Positions 1 through 13,144 of a stretch of DNA of 64,000 nt are shown here, in pieces. Each line of letters begins with the position of its first letter. Positions within the stretch are counted from its first letter, which is position 1. The notes under the pieces are model-generated. The model was not told the DNA's origin. It did no database searches and saw only the letters and a list, made by a program, of their open reading frames with translations. The stretch is taken from positions 112,468,001 through 112,532,000 of the forward strand of contig OX597819.1 of assembly GCA_951406725.2 (NCBI GenBank), written 5' to 3'. Both the position numbers and the translations under genes were made by a program. Source of the stretch: Octopus vulgaris. Taxonomy: Eukaryota.

Positions 1-389
1 TATATAAAAGAGAGGTTGTGTGTATGTCTCCTAAGATTTAGATTCCTAACTACTCCCACATTTTGCGGTGCAGTTTAACCAAAACCGGGTATCTTATAGT
101 TGTGATTCATATCGAGCTCTTCTGGGTATTAGCGCGCGTCTACGATGAGTCTACGATTAAAAAAAAAATTTCCATCATTTTTTTCCATTTTAATGCATTT
201 TTTCGCTATTATATAAGGGAAGTAACTCTCTAAAAATGTCTACGATGAGTCAACGATTTAAAAAAATTTGCCATAATTTTTTTTCCACTTTTAATGCATT
301 TTTTTGCTATTTTTTTGCTATAACTCTCTAAAAATGCTTATATAGTTATTTCCCTTACAAACCCGAGCAACGCCGGGCGATACTGCTAG
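1..389 (+). mobile_element. Non-autonomous Helitron-like element (5' end at window edge)
   Basis: Starts TATATAAAAG..TGTGTG. Ends with subterminal hairpin CCCGAGC-AAC-GCCGGG (362-377) and CTAG (386-389) followed by T. Internal ~100 bp tandem duplication (TCTACGATGAGTC.. at ~139 and ~239). Confidence 0.75.
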
Positions 390-580
390 TAATATATAAA
401 ATAAAAAGAAATAAAATGAAAACCCAAAATTTGACAGTGCATGGAAACACTCGAATATATCGATTCAGTGTTTGACCAGTAATTTATTCTATCGGACTTG
501 GAAGAATGAAATGCAAATTTTTTCTCGGCAGAATTAGTGTTTGATATGTTAAGTGGCGGAACAAATATCGCGAAGCATTT

Positions 581-930
581 AAGGCGGCGAGCTGGCAGAA
601 ACGTTAGCACGTCGGGCGAAATGCGTAACCGTATTTCGTCCGCCCTTACGTTGTGAGTTCAAATTCCGCCGAGATCGACTTTACCTTTCATCCTATCGGG
701 GTCGATAAATTAAGTACCAGTTACGCACTGGGGTCGATGTAATTGACTTAATACCTATCACTGTTCTTGTTTGTCTCCTCTATGTTTAACCCTTTGTGGG
801 TAATAAAGAAATAGGTATTTCGTCTGTCCTTATGTTCTGAGTTCAAATTCCGCCGAGGTCGACTTTGCCTTTCATCTTTTCGGGGTCGATAAATTAATTA
901 CCAGTTGCGTACAGGAGTCGATCTAGTCGA
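581..930 (+). mobile_element. tRNA-derived SINE with Meta-domain-like core (partial dimer)
   Basis: GGCGGCGAGCTGGCAGAA head, B-box GAGTTCAAATTCC, core GCCGAGGTCGACTTTGCCTTTCATCC..GGGGTCGATAAATTAAGTACCAG, tail ..AATAAAGAAATA. Many copies in the window. Confidence 0.8.
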
Positions 931-1538
931 ACAAATACTATAAGGCATTTTAGCCTGCAATTTTAGGGAAGGGGTAAGTCGATTGCATCAATCCCCTTTG
1001 ATCAACCGATACATATTTTATCGGACACGAAAGGATAAAAGGCAAAATCGATATCAGCGTAATTTGAACTCAGAACGTAAAGAACCATATAAAATACTGC
1101 TAAGCATTTTGTCCGACGCGCTAACGTTTCTACCCGCTCGCCGCTATAATTGTTTTAAATTTGCTACAAGGCCAGCAACTTTAGTGGGCCGGTATTATTC
1201 GATTACATCGCCCCAAATTCTAAATTGGTACTTATTTTATCAACCCCAAATACACACTTTCACGTGCACGAACCCATCCATCTTCCTCCATTCTTGGTGG
1301 AGGACTAAAATCCGAAGCGTTAATGCTCATCCTCTTCCTGTTTTTTAAGCTTTAAGCTAATACAATACTTATTCCAAAGGTATCCCTCTTGTATTGTCTA
1401 CTTTTTGTCTTTCTTTGTTCATTACACTTACACTTATACACGCAGGCACACACACACACTCATACACACACACACATACACAAAACATACATACACACCC
1501 TACTCACACATTCTTTCTCTAGACCTTTCCATTCTCCT

Positions 1539-1572
1539 CTTTCTGACGAAGACCCATGCTCAAAATGTTATA
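1539..1572 (+). ncRNA. Degenerate minimal hammerhead-ribozyme-like motif
   Basis: CTGACGA-AGACC-CAT-GCTC-AAAA-TGTTA. Same layout as 5676-5710 and 13726-13761, but stem II and GAAA are mutated. Confidence 0.4.
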
Positions 1573-1589
1573 CACCCACTCTCTTTCTC

Positions 1590-1905
1590 AGAAATGCCTG
1601 TCGCAAAGTGTGCTTCGTAAAAGATGGAAGTCTGTAGCAAGTATGTTGCGAGTGAAAGAACCTGTTTAAACGAGAATATAAAAAAAGGAGAAAGCAAAGT
1701 CTTCAGTGTGAGTATGTGGTTTGTGGGGTCGACCGCGTCCTCCGCTTCATTTTTTGTAAATCACTCATTCTCATTTAATTGTATATATTTTAATTGTTTG
1801 TTTATTCATACATTTCGTCTCATTCGATACCCTGACCCCAATGTTTGTTTTGTCTGTCCTCGTATCGTCCCTTCTTTTTCTCAACCTTATTGTGAATAAA
1901 GAAAT
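1590..1905 (+). mobile_element. Decayed 3' end of a Tx1/L1-like LINE
   Basis: Reads CLSQSVLRKRWKSVASMLRV, then a T-rich UTR ending TTGTCTGTCC..TGTGAATAAAGAAATA, similar to 27181-27413. Confidence 0.4.
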
Positions 1906-2253
1906 ACTTTCTCATATTATACTAAGCGTCACAGGCTAATGCATTCCATGTGTACGTCCTTTTGACTTTCGTTGGCTTATTATTTCAAATTTTCGATCTG
2001 CTTAAATATATTTGCATACCTGGCAACCCTGGCTGTCTACCGTGGAATATAAAATAATTCTTTTTTTCAGCTTAAGGAAAAATATCCACAACCTTCCACC
2101 CCAATAAACCACTATTGTTTCTGAAAGTTTCGTTGTGTCTGAAGAAAGTCATTTTCTTTTTGTGCCTTATAATTTAGCACACTCACCGGTAAAATTTCCA
2201 CTTGTTTCTTATTTTAATTTTCCTAAAATTTTCGTTGCGTCTTGCAACCTTTT

Positions 2254-2670
2254 GGATCTTTTCGGTTTGACCGGCAGTTTTTTTAAATAATTTCCACGTA
2301 ACTAAACACTTTTAAACTTCGTATACTGGTAGAATGTGTTTATAAAACATATTTTTCTCTTGGCTTTATTGAGAAAATTCTATAGTTTTTAAGATATTGG
2401 CTGCTTTTTTTCTTCAATTTCTGCAATTTCAACCAATCAATGACGTCTATTGAGGTGAAAACATTCTGAGCCGTATGAATATGTTCCTCGTTTAAAAAAC
2501 AGATTGGGTTTATTTACATTTCTGAAGAAAAAAAGATACCTTTTCCCCCACCCCTAACCCTAACCTGAAAACAGATTGAAATGCAATAGATCGATACTAG
2601 GGTCATAGTTATGGGTGACAATTTCATATGACACCGCTAGAAAAAACTGCCGTTCAAACCGAAAAGATCC
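2254..2670. mobile_element. MITE, probably Merlin-type
   Basis: ~30 bp TIRs GGATCTTTTCGGTTTGACCGGCAGTTTTTT / AAAAAACTGCCGTTCAAACCGAAAAGATCC. Perfect 8-bp TSD AACCTTTT (2246-2253, 2671-2678). Confidence 0.85.
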
Positions 2671-2761
2671 AACCTTTTTAATAATCTTGACTCTCTTTGT
2701 TTTTTATATTTTCTACGGATTACTTGAAGCTCATTTTCTTCCTTCGCCTCGATCCTTCGAT

Positions 2762-2851
<90 letters not shown>

Positions 2852-3172
2852 TAAATAATGGCAAAACGAAGCACCGATATTTACGGCTTCTTTCAGTTTC
2901 TGTCTACCAAATCCACTCACAAGGCATTTACTTTTATATGTATAATTTTACCCTCACGGGCTATCCTTTACTGGAAAGCAATACTCTCGTATTGCATTAC
3001 TGTTTTCATTATATATATATATTTCTAAAAGTTCGGTGTGTGGTAAAGTTTTTTTTTTTTACTGAACCCTAATTATATAACGTAATGTTTTAAATATACC
3101 GTAAATGGTATTTTTACATACTGGTAAAATTATTAATTAATAATTAATTAATTTTACCCTTTTATTATTTAC

Positions 3173-3237
<65 letters not shown>

Positions 3238-3929
3238 ATATGTATACACACACTTATACATCTTTAATGTACTTTTTGCAAATGTCTTAAATCTTCTGAA
3301 AGTCAGACGACTTGGAAACCACGTTCTTCTGGGAATGTCACTGTGGACAAAGATAGGAAGAATCTCTACCTGACCTTTTAAATATGCCGTTCGGGGAAGA
3401 AACAATGGAATATTCAATCGGAGGAAACAGCATTTTAGATTCTTGCTTCACGAACAATACAGAAGTGATCCAAAATATTTAAGTAGCGAAGAAATATCGA
3501 CGATTTTCTAGAATCACAATGTAGGAGGACTAACAATGTGAGGTCCTAAATAAAACATAGATACGACGTCACAAGATGCTCACGGATTCTGTCCAGCCTC
3601 AAATACCAAAAAGTTAAATGGAAATTAATTCCAAAAGATAAGATGTCCTGAAACAGAACTGGTTCCAAAGTCTGTCTAGACATAAAAATTCAAGAAATTT
3701 ATGCCAATAGCGCAAGCTATGTGCAATAAATATGTCCCAGAAAGCCAGCATATACAAAAATATATTTCTGAGAAAATGAAAAAATCTTATGGTACGTAAA
3801 GTACCGATAAAAAATGTCTTAAAGAATTGATGACGGCTAAAAATCTCACTTAAAAAGCGCAATCTTAGAAACTGAGGAAAAGATCACGCACATCATAGAG
3901 AAGGAAGAGAAACTGGCTTAAGAAATATA

Positions 3930-4225
3930 GCCGGCGATCTGGCAGAAACGTTAGCACGCAGGGCGAAATGCGTAGCCGTATTTCGTCTGCCGTTACGTTC
4001 TGAGTTCAAATTCCGCCGAGGTCGACTTTGCCTTTCATCCTTTCGGGGTCGATAAATTAAGTACCAGTTACGCACTGAATTCGATGTAATCGACTTAATC
4101 CGTTTGTCTATCCTTGTTTGTCTTCTCTATGTTTAGCCCCTTGTGGGCAATAAAGAAATAAGAAACGTTAGCACGCCGGGCGAAATGCTTAGCGGTATTT
4201 CGTCTGTCTTTATGTTCTGAGTAAA
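3930..4225 (+). mobile_element. Meta-core SINE (with start of a second unit)
   Basis: Close match to 581-812. Confidence 0.8.
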
Positions 4226-4259
4226 AAATTCCACAAACATATACATACACACAAACATA

Positions 4260-4427
4260 TATACGACGGGCTTCTTTCAGTTTCCGTCTACCAAATCCAC
4301 TCACAAGGCTTTGGTCGGCACGAGGTTATAGTAGAAGACACTTGCCCAAGGTGCCACGCAGTGGGACTGAACCCGGGACCATGTGGTTCGTATGCAAGCT
4401 ACTTACCACACAGTCTCTCCTACGCCT
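4260..4427 (-). mobile_element. tRNA-derived CORE-like SINE, 5' half
   Basis: Reverse complement has GGCGTAGGAG..TGTGTGGTAAGTAGC, B-box GGTTCAGTCCC, CCTTGGGCAAGTGTCTTC and GGATTTGGTAGACGGAAACTGAAAGAAGCCC. Confidence 0.8.
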
Positions 4428-5187
4428 ATTGTTTATTTTTCTTTCGACGGGGAGATAATTCTGATGCATCAAGAATATTTTATACGGTATTTAATATACC
4501 TTTATTCATCGTTATTAATCTAGTTGTTTTCTCTTTACACAGTTGCGTTTACACACATAAAAATATACACTCGCACAAAAACACTCCATCCACACACATA
4601 CACCCGTTCACACACACACATATATACACACGCATACAAATATACACATATGTACATATTCATGCATATATACACACATATTTATGCATATGAATTTGCA
4701 TATATAAACGCACACACACATACACACGTGCGCGCGCACACACATACATTTTACTTGTTTTAGTGATATGATTGAGGCCATGCTGGGGCATCGCATAGGA
4801 GAGTTTTAGTTGAACAAAATCAACCGTCGGTGCTTATTTTTAAAGCTGATATTCATTCTATCGTTCTCTGGCGCCGTAAACAAACCAGCACCGGTTGTAG
4901 GCGGGGGAGTGGCGAGACAACTCCACACACACACACACACATGCACACACGCACACACAAACATACACAAACAAATACACACACAAACACACAATCACAC
5001 ACAGAGGAATATTTGACCGCGTCTGACTTTCTGATTAACTTGACCCGTTCCTTAGTTACCAAGATCACGCCACATTGGCAACCAGCGTCTGTATATCGAA
5101 GTGACCTGACGAAATGACTTGCCACGTTTTGCTAATCTTTTTTATCTGTTTATCACATGCAGTGTCATTGCTGATATCACAGAGATA

Positions 5188-5257
<70 letters not shown>

Positions 5258-5518
5258 TGTCATTGGTTGCTGACTCATTTAGTTGTGCCTTATGTTTTAG
5301 TCATTCAACAGACACCTACACATACACACACACACATTGCATGCATACACACAGTATATACATATGTGCATATATGCATGTACACACACACACATATATA
5401 TGGCATATAAATGCATATATACATACATATATGCTTTATATATATATACATATGTGCATATATGCATGTACACACACACACATATATATGGCATATAAAT
5501 GCATATATACATATATGC

Positions 5519-5575
<57 letters not shown>

Positions 5576-5675
5576 TAATCCAAACAAGAAAACACAAAAA
5601 AACACAACAACGCGAGGACGTGGAACAAATAAAGTATTATTGGACGCACGCTCAGGAAGGAAGGGAAGAAGGAGG

Positions 5676-5710
5676 GTTTAACGTTTCGAGCGGAGCTCTT
5701 CGTCGGAAAC
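5676..5710 (-). ncRNA. Minimal type I hammerhead-like motif, probably in a Penelope-like terminal repeat (~5575-5790)
   Basis: Minus strand GUUU-CCGACGA-A-GAGC-UCC-GCUC-GAAA-CG-UU-AAAC. Stem I GUUU/AAAC, stem II GAGC/GCUC, palindromic AACGUU stem III. Core has U4->C. Confidence 0.6.
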
Positions 5711-5804
5711 ATAGGAGAAAGAAAGATCCCGAGAAGGGGAGACAGAGGGAAAAAAATCGCCAACGGTACACACGAGGTCACATTTTGAAATATATATATA
5801 TATC

Positions 5805-6083
5805 CATAAGGAAGGGGCGCTCTGCCGGTTACGACGGTGACGGTCCCAGCTGATACGATCAACGGAACAGCTTACTCGTGAAATTAAAGTGTACCCTTAA
5901 CACGTAGTTCTCGGGGAGATTCAGCGTGACACAGAGTGCCACATGGCTGGCCCTTTCAAATACAGGTACTACTCATTTTTGCCAGCTGAGGAGACTGGAG
6001 CAACGTGAAATAAAGTGTCTTGCTCAAGGAGATAACACGTCACCGGGAATCGAACTCATGACCACTGAACCACGCGCCTTCAC
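5805..6083 (-). mobile_element. tRNA-derived SINE, second CORE-like family
   Basis: Reverse complement has B-box GAGTTCGATTCCC and TCCTTGAGCAAGACACTTTATTTCACGTTGCTCCAG. Related to 13145-13477, 55138-55385 and ~57480-57685. Confidence 0.75.
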
Positions 6084-6086
6084 TAT

Positions 6087-6166
<80 letters not shown>

Positions 6167-6236
6167 ACACACACACACACACACATACATACATACACAC
6201 ATACATACATACATACATACATAATACATACATACA

Positions 6237-6270
<34 letters not shown>

Positions 6271-6560
6271 GGCGCAGGAGTTGCTATGTGGTAAGTAGCT
6301 TGCTTATCAACCACATGGTTCCGGGTTCAGTCCCACTGAGTGGCACCGTGGGTAAGTGTGTGTCTGTGTTTGTCGCCCCCACCATCGCTTGGCAACCGAT
6401 GTTGGTGTGTTTACGTCCCCGTAACATGGCGGTTCGGCAAAAGAGACGGATAGAATAAGTACTAGGCTTACAAAGAATAAGTCCTGGGGTCGATTTGTTT
6501 GACTAAAGGCGGTGCTCCAGCATGGCCGCAGTCAAATGATTGAAACAAGTAAAAGGAAAA
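6271..6560 (+). mobile_element. CORE-like SINE (internally deleted)
   Basis: GGCGCAGGAG head and 3' body ..GCGGTGCTCCAGCATGGCCGCAGTCAAATGA..GTAAAAG. Confidence 0.8.
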
Positions 6561-6929
6561 AGAAAGATAGATAGATAGATAGATAGACAGATAGGTATTC
6601 ATACACATATATATACACACACACAACACATACATAAACATGTACGTACATATATATGGTCAGGAGACACACACATATAGACACACACTCACACACACGC
6701 ACGGACGGACACACGCACACTAACACAAGCAGTGTTATGCATATCACGTTATAAAGCTGTCGCCTGTCAAAAGATTCTGACATACACTCAATTGCAGACA
6801 CACACACATACACACTCACACACAAATACACACACACACACACACAAACACATACAGACATGCACACTTACATGCACTTACACTAATTCAAATTTTTATA
6901 CACTTTTCGTCCTGCCCATGCTCATGAAT

Positions 6930-6960
<31 letters not shown>

Positions 6961-7016
6961 CATATGCATATATATATACATATATATGAATGTATGCATG
7001 CGTGTGTGCAAATATA

Positions 7017-7080
<64 letters not shown>

Positions 7081-7139
7081 GTGTGTGTGTGTGTGTGTGT
7101 ACAATTCTCTCTCGCTCTCTCTATTTCTTTCTCACTTTT

Positions 7140-7179
<40 letters not shown>

Positions 7180-7317
7180 CAGATGTATATATACATGTTT
7201 ATGTGTATATACATCTACACACACACGCATATCCACACACGTATACAAACATACATACACATAAACACTTATACACTCACTCATACATACTCTCATAATA
7301 CATGCATACATACATGC

Positions 7318-7353
<36 letters not shown>

Positions 7354-7364
7354 CTTTTAATTTT

Positions 7365-7738
7365 CTCTTTGTCTCAGTCATTTGACTGCGGCCATGCTGG
7401 AGCACCGCTTTTAGTCGAGCAAATTGACCGTAAGTCTAGTACTTATTCTATCGTATTTTTTTTGTCGAACCTCTAAGTTACGGGCATTGAAACACACCAG
7501 CATCAGTTGTCAAGCGATGGTGGGGGTACAAACACAGGCAGACAGACAGACCCCCCCCACACACATATATATATGACGGGCTTCTTTTAGTTTCCGTCTA
7601 CCAAATCTACTCAGAAGGCTTTGGTCAGCCCGAGGCTAAAGTAGAAAGCACTTACCCAAGGTGCCACGCAGTGGCATTGAACCCAGAACCATGTGGTTGA
7701 CAACCAAACTACTTACCATACAGTCACTCCTGCGCCTA
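7365..7738 (-). mobile_element. CORE-like SINE, near full length
   Basis: Head and 3' body both present, separated by a central simple repeat. Confidence 0.8.
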
Positions 7739-7740
7739 TA

Positions 7741-7786
<46 letters not shown>

Positions 7787-8040
7787 TAGCACACAAAAAA
7801 GAGGAAATTAGAAACAGACTGAGCGAATGAGAGAAGGAATAGAATGAATGTGAAATCTATAATCTATTTGATCGGAAAAGGAGGGGGGGCTGACGGAGGA
7901 GGAGATAGGCGTGTGTGAAAATATCGATTTATTTAATATATTTGGGTTTTTATCAATAAGCGATCATGTCTGCAATAGATGGAAGAAGAGAATTAAAGAT
8001 GCTGTGTCAATATGACCTTCAGAATATGTCTCCTCTCCGT

Positions 8041-8144
<104 letters not shown>

Positions 8145-9316
8145 GCGTGTACGTGTACATATGTGTCAAAAAGTCATTTACTGTAGACAGGAATCAGTAC
8201 TGTTGATTAGTAAAAAGACATTGAACTTGTTTCTAGTCACAAAATATTTCAAATGTAATGTATTTTTGATTGGTCGTGAATGGTTTCCAATGAGAAGTAA
8301 TGCGGGATTTGATTGGCTGTAGTAATCTCGGTAACATATGAGATTTTTTTACGTAATATAATATGTACTTTGGAGAAAAAAAGTGAGTGGAAACTGGAGT
8401 GACGGAAAATGGAGCATATAATGGAGGTTAAACGAAGAAATTGTTAAAGTATGCATGTGTAGTGTATTACTTGATACATAAGCTTTACAGCTTATGTATC
8501 TAGCTAGGTTATTTTAGCATTAGATTTCTTTTAAGAACCCTGGTAGTGACGACAATAAATAGAGTGACTAAATATTTAACGGTGTAGGATTTTTATATTT
8601 ATTCAACAAATATGAAGTTGTATGCTTACATAATAATACAATGTTTCATTTGGGGTCCATTATGTCCTCCTGAAGAAACAACATTCCTGGCCGTTCACCG
8701 GTGTATAGTTTTCAGAATCTTGAAAATTAGTGGTGTCTATTCGCATTGGCTCAAATTTTGCATCTGATGTCAAACTTTGTATTTGTTCCACAAATTTTCA
8801 AAGGTATCTTAAAAATGTGGCGTGCGACTAGTTGGATTTCGGAAGTTGTATATTTGTTGGTTATACTGAAATTTAAAAGTATCGGTCGTTACATTGACAT
8901 AGTGATTACTGAAAAAACAACAGTATTGGAAACCATGGAACTAGTAAGGCGTAGATATCAGGCGTGTTATGATCAAACATTCATAGTAGGCCGTGCGCAT
9001 TAATAAAGTAAATTGTACACAAAAGACGTTATCATTATGAGATAAATATTTTAACAACTGAAATATTTATTTGCAAATATATATTGTATATATGTTGCTT
9101 CTCTTTAAGACCCATGGCTTTGAGGTTCGACACGTAGGGTGAGATAAAACAAAGTTGAACAAAATCACAATTACTATAGTTTCTACTTTCGAATTCTCGA
9201 GCTGAAATATAATTAATAAGATATTGCCTATATAGATATTGAGTTTGAGAGATGGTGGGAGGACAAGAGACATTTAGTTATGCACAAGAGGAGATAAATA
9301 ACTCTCTCTCTCGCTC

Positions 9317-9358
<42 letters not shown>

Positions 9359-9359
<1 letters not shown>

Positions 9360-9535
9360 TAACGGGACCCGTGAATATTTTACGGAATTAATAGTTAGCT
9401 TCTTGGGTTATTCCTGAAAACTTTATCCAGAAAACCTGAAAGCGTAGCCTGTGTTGTGTCTGTATCAAAAGATAGTCGCTCATCTGCTATTCATTGAAAA
9501 TTGAAGGAAATTGGAATACGATGATTATTTAATGT

Positions 9536-9606
<71 letters not shown>

Positions 9607-10964
9607 GGTAAAATTGATTAATGAATTAATTAATAATTAATCATTTTACCAAGCAGTTCGGTATGTTAAAATAACCAATATCGGTTAACTTAAACAAAAA
9701 TTCTTATAATTATGAGCATATAATTATAATTAGGGCTCAGTAAAAAATTTGCTTCACCACATACCGAAATTTAGAAATAGCAGCCAAAACTAGCTATTTC
9801 TAAATTTCCGTATGTGGTGAAGCAAATGCTTTGCTGAACCCTATTAAGAATTTTTATATGTATATATATATATACTTTATGCACAACTTTATAGACTTAA
9901 TACACAGCACTAATAAAACAAATATTCACTCTTATTTTTCCATTTTCCCCATAAAGAGATAAAATTACATTTTAAAATTTACATGGTCACAATTTCATAC
10001 CTAGACAGCAAAAAATTTATAGTAAAAAAATGTATTTTATATGTAAAATATAGGGGTTACAATTTCACGGGAGTAAAAATGTAATAAAACGTGGCATGCT
10101 CTAAAAACCACATCGTTGGTAACTTATAAGCCAAGGCGATGGGTCAGACCAAATAGACATTTCAGTTGGCGTATACCTTTCAATCCAATACTTCTTTGCA
10201 TATTACATTCTTCGTGTGAGTTCTCCCACTTCTTTTCCCTTGTTTGTCAGTGTTGATAACTTTAACTCTGACATCAGATAATTTGCGAGCCCTTGAGAAT
10301 GCAACATATAGCTGACCATGGCCGAATACAGGTTCAGGTAAGAACAGCCCAACTTTATCAAATGTCTGCCCTTGTGATTTATTGATAGTCATTGCATATG
10401 ACAGATGAACGAGAAACTGGTTTCTTTCTAAAATGAATGGCAAGTTTGAGATGCGCATGCGTTAAGTGATAGGTGATATAAAAAAATTAGTTCAATTAAA
10501 AATTTACTTTCACTACGCACTCACCATAGCCACCCCCACCGCAACCATCCCACCACCATAATCTCTCTCTCTCTCTCTCTGCCTTTCTTTAATCTCACCA
10601 TCAGAACATCACCCCTCTGCTAAAATAGTATTCCTAACTCTCCTCTATATTACTACCTTCAACTTACTTTTTAACCACGTAATAAATACCACGTTCACAT
10701 GTCATGGACGGTTCTCTCTCCGCCTTTTCTCTCTCCACTTTTCCTATCTCTCTTTTTCTGCTTCACTCTCCACCTTATACTCCTTTTCTCTCTCTCTCCT
10801 TTTTCTTTCTCATGTTCTCTCTTTCCCTTCAACTAATCACGTAAAAGCGTTACAATTACGTTCCCTCTCCCTCACATTGCGCATGCTTCTCTCAAGCTCT
10901 TTTTCTCTTATCGTGTGAAAGCACTACCGACGGGCTAAGTAACGTAATGACAAGCAAAATTATT

Positions 10965-10965
<1 letters not shown>
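9359..10965 (-). mobile_element. Internally deleted Helitron
   Basis: Contains a Pif1 helicase C-terminus. Minus-strand 3' hairpin CCGTAAAATATTCACGG, then GTCCCGTTAG (degenerate CTAG end). Limits approximate. Confidence 0.6.
10180..10458 (-). pseudogene. Helitron RepHel Pif1-family helicase C-terminal fragment
   Basis: RNQFLVHLSYAMTINKSQGQTFDKVGLFLPEPVFGHGQLYVAFSR..TKNVICKEVL: helicase motifs V/VI and the typical Helitron C-terminus. Confidence 0.92.
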
Positions 10966-11049
<84 letters not shown>

Positions 11050-11081
11050 TTGTGTGTCTATATATATATATATATATATGA

Positions 11082-11129
<48 letters not shown>

Positions 11130-11144
11130 ATGTATGTATGTATG

Positions 11145-11175
<31 letters not shown>

Positions 11176-11624
11176 GTGAAGATTAAAAGTTTGCGATTAT
11201 AAAATTACCAAATGAATAATGAATAGAATGAAAATAAGGTTTGTAAAATGGTGACGTCATAAGACTATTATTAATCTAAATTATTGTTTCAGACACTTCA
11301 GGAAGTCATTGTCCATTTAATCTATTTTATTCGTTCAAATAGTCTTTAAACTATTTATTTATTTAGTAATCACTTCAGAGGATTAATACTCATATAAATA
11401 ATCGTTTCCTCGGGATACTTATTTATCTTTCTCATAGATATATGTTGAACAGTAAAAAAAATCACTATCTTCATTTGTATTAAGACTTCCAAACTAGCGA
11501 GCGGATAGACCGCAAAAGTAGTGACTTCTGTCGACGTCCTTTGCTACCTCACAGAAGCTAGTCACCTCACAGAAGCTAGTCACCTCACAGCCCATCCCTC
11601 TTCTGTAGCAGCCACAGCAACCTA

Positions 11625-11851
11625 TTTCTTTACTACCCACAAGGGGCTAAACACAGAGAGGACAAACAAGGACAGACAAAGAGATTAAGTCGAATATATC
11701 GATCCCAGTGCGTAACTGGTACTTATTTAATCGACCCCGAAAGGATGAAAAGCAAAGTCGACCTCGGCGGAATTTGAACTCAGAACGTAACGGCAGACGA
11801 AATACGGTTACGCATTTCACCCGGCGCGCTAACGTTTCTGCCAGCTCGCCG
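11625..11851 (-). mobile_element. Meta-core SINE
   Basis: Reverse complement of 581-812. Confidence 0.8.
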
Positions 11852-12738
11852 CAATTAGTTGTACCATCATATCATCTCGTGATGATGTTGAAAAGAGCTG
11901 CAAAACAATCGACAAGAACTAACTATCAGAAAGAGAATCAAAGGAGCAAAAAGAACGATGGATTCAAAGAAATAGATAAATCCAAAGAGAAGGTAATCCA
12001 AGTGTGAGAAGTTTCTCCTCTTTCTCAGAAAAGTGTCATGGTTTTTCTTGTCTTTTGTACGGAGAACGAGCAACTGATAAGCTATTTAAATGATACCGAC
12101 GAGGAATATAGAACGGATTCTGTGTAGATATGCGAGGAAATTGGAGACCACCAAATGGAGCATGTCATAAAGAGGTTTCACATATGATTAATCTTCATTT
12201 ATTACTGAATACTGTGCTCTCCCTGGCACATATAAATGTTCGCGAGTCCTTTCAAGATGACATATTCTCGTTGCTCAAAAGAAATAAGGTGAGATTGGGA
12301 AAATGTTTGAGTATTTGTGTGTTCAAATACACCTTAACTCATGAGTTCCAACTCTTGTATAACATGGAAATAAATCCACCTTAGCTACGTTGGGTCATTC
12401 GTGAACGTGTAATTAATCATATTCTCTACACTTTTGTTTATGATATTTCCTAAAGATTCTTAATTATTATTAAAAATATAGATTATTTACTCATCTTTCA
12501 TGATGCACAGAAGAACAAAGGATCAGGTCAAAGAGTAATGATCTATTTTAGGAAGACTACGTTTGTCTGACGGAAGATTTACATTAGAATTTTTTCCGAG
12601 ATAGCTTGATGTTACTTTTTTAAACTTTGTTTTTAGTTTTTGTACGCAATGTTAGGAGATGAACAATTTATAACCTTTGACTCCCACCATCTCTTTAATA
12701 TCTATAGAAGCAGTTTTGCATCAATATATTTCAAGTCT

Positions 12739-13122
12739 AAGGCGGCGAGCTGGCAGAAACGTTAGCACGCTGGGCGAAATGCTTAGCGTTATTTCTTCTG
12801 CCGTTACGTTCTGAGTTCAAATTCCATCGAGGTCGACTCTGCCTTTCATCCTTTCAGGGTCGATTAAATAAGTACCAGTTACGCACTGTGGTCGATAAAA
12901 ATAGACTTAATCTGTTTGTCTGTCCTTGTTTGTCCCCTCTGTCTGTAGCCCCTTGTGGGCAATAAAGAAACAAGAAACGTTAGCACGCTGGGCGAAATGC
13001 TTAGCGGTATTTCGTCTGTCTTTATGTTCTGAATTCAAATTTCGTCGAGGTCGACTTTGCCTTTCATCCTTTCGGGGTCAATAAATTAAGTACCAGTTGC
13101 GTACAGTGGTTGATTTAATCGA
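12739..13122 (+). mobile_element. Meta-core SINE dimer
   Basis: Two tandem units joined at AATAAAGAAACAAGAAACGTTAGC. Confidence 0.8.
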
Positions 13123-13144
13123 CTCCCCCCCCCCCCGCATAATT

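Noticed and set aside
2551-2564. Interstitial telomere (CCCTAA)2
   Set aside because: Only two units, and internal to a MITE.
3230-3890. Decayed Merlin/IS1595-type transposase
   Set aside because: Only a vague resemblance. No catalytic motif could be read in frame.
5065-7476. Numerous YIYI/HTHT/CVCV ORFs here and throughout the window
   Set aside because: Translations of dinucleotide and tetranucleotide microsatellites.
8746-9003. 85-aa ORF as a host exon or mariner remnant
   Set aside because: No recognisable motif or splice signals.
10180-10458. Host PIF1 helicase exon
   Set aside because: The C-terminal TKNVICKEVL signature and flanking termini point to a Helitron.
11545-11590. 18-bp tandem repeat ACCTCACAGAAGCTAGTC x2.5
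   Set aside because: Ordinary short slippage duplication.
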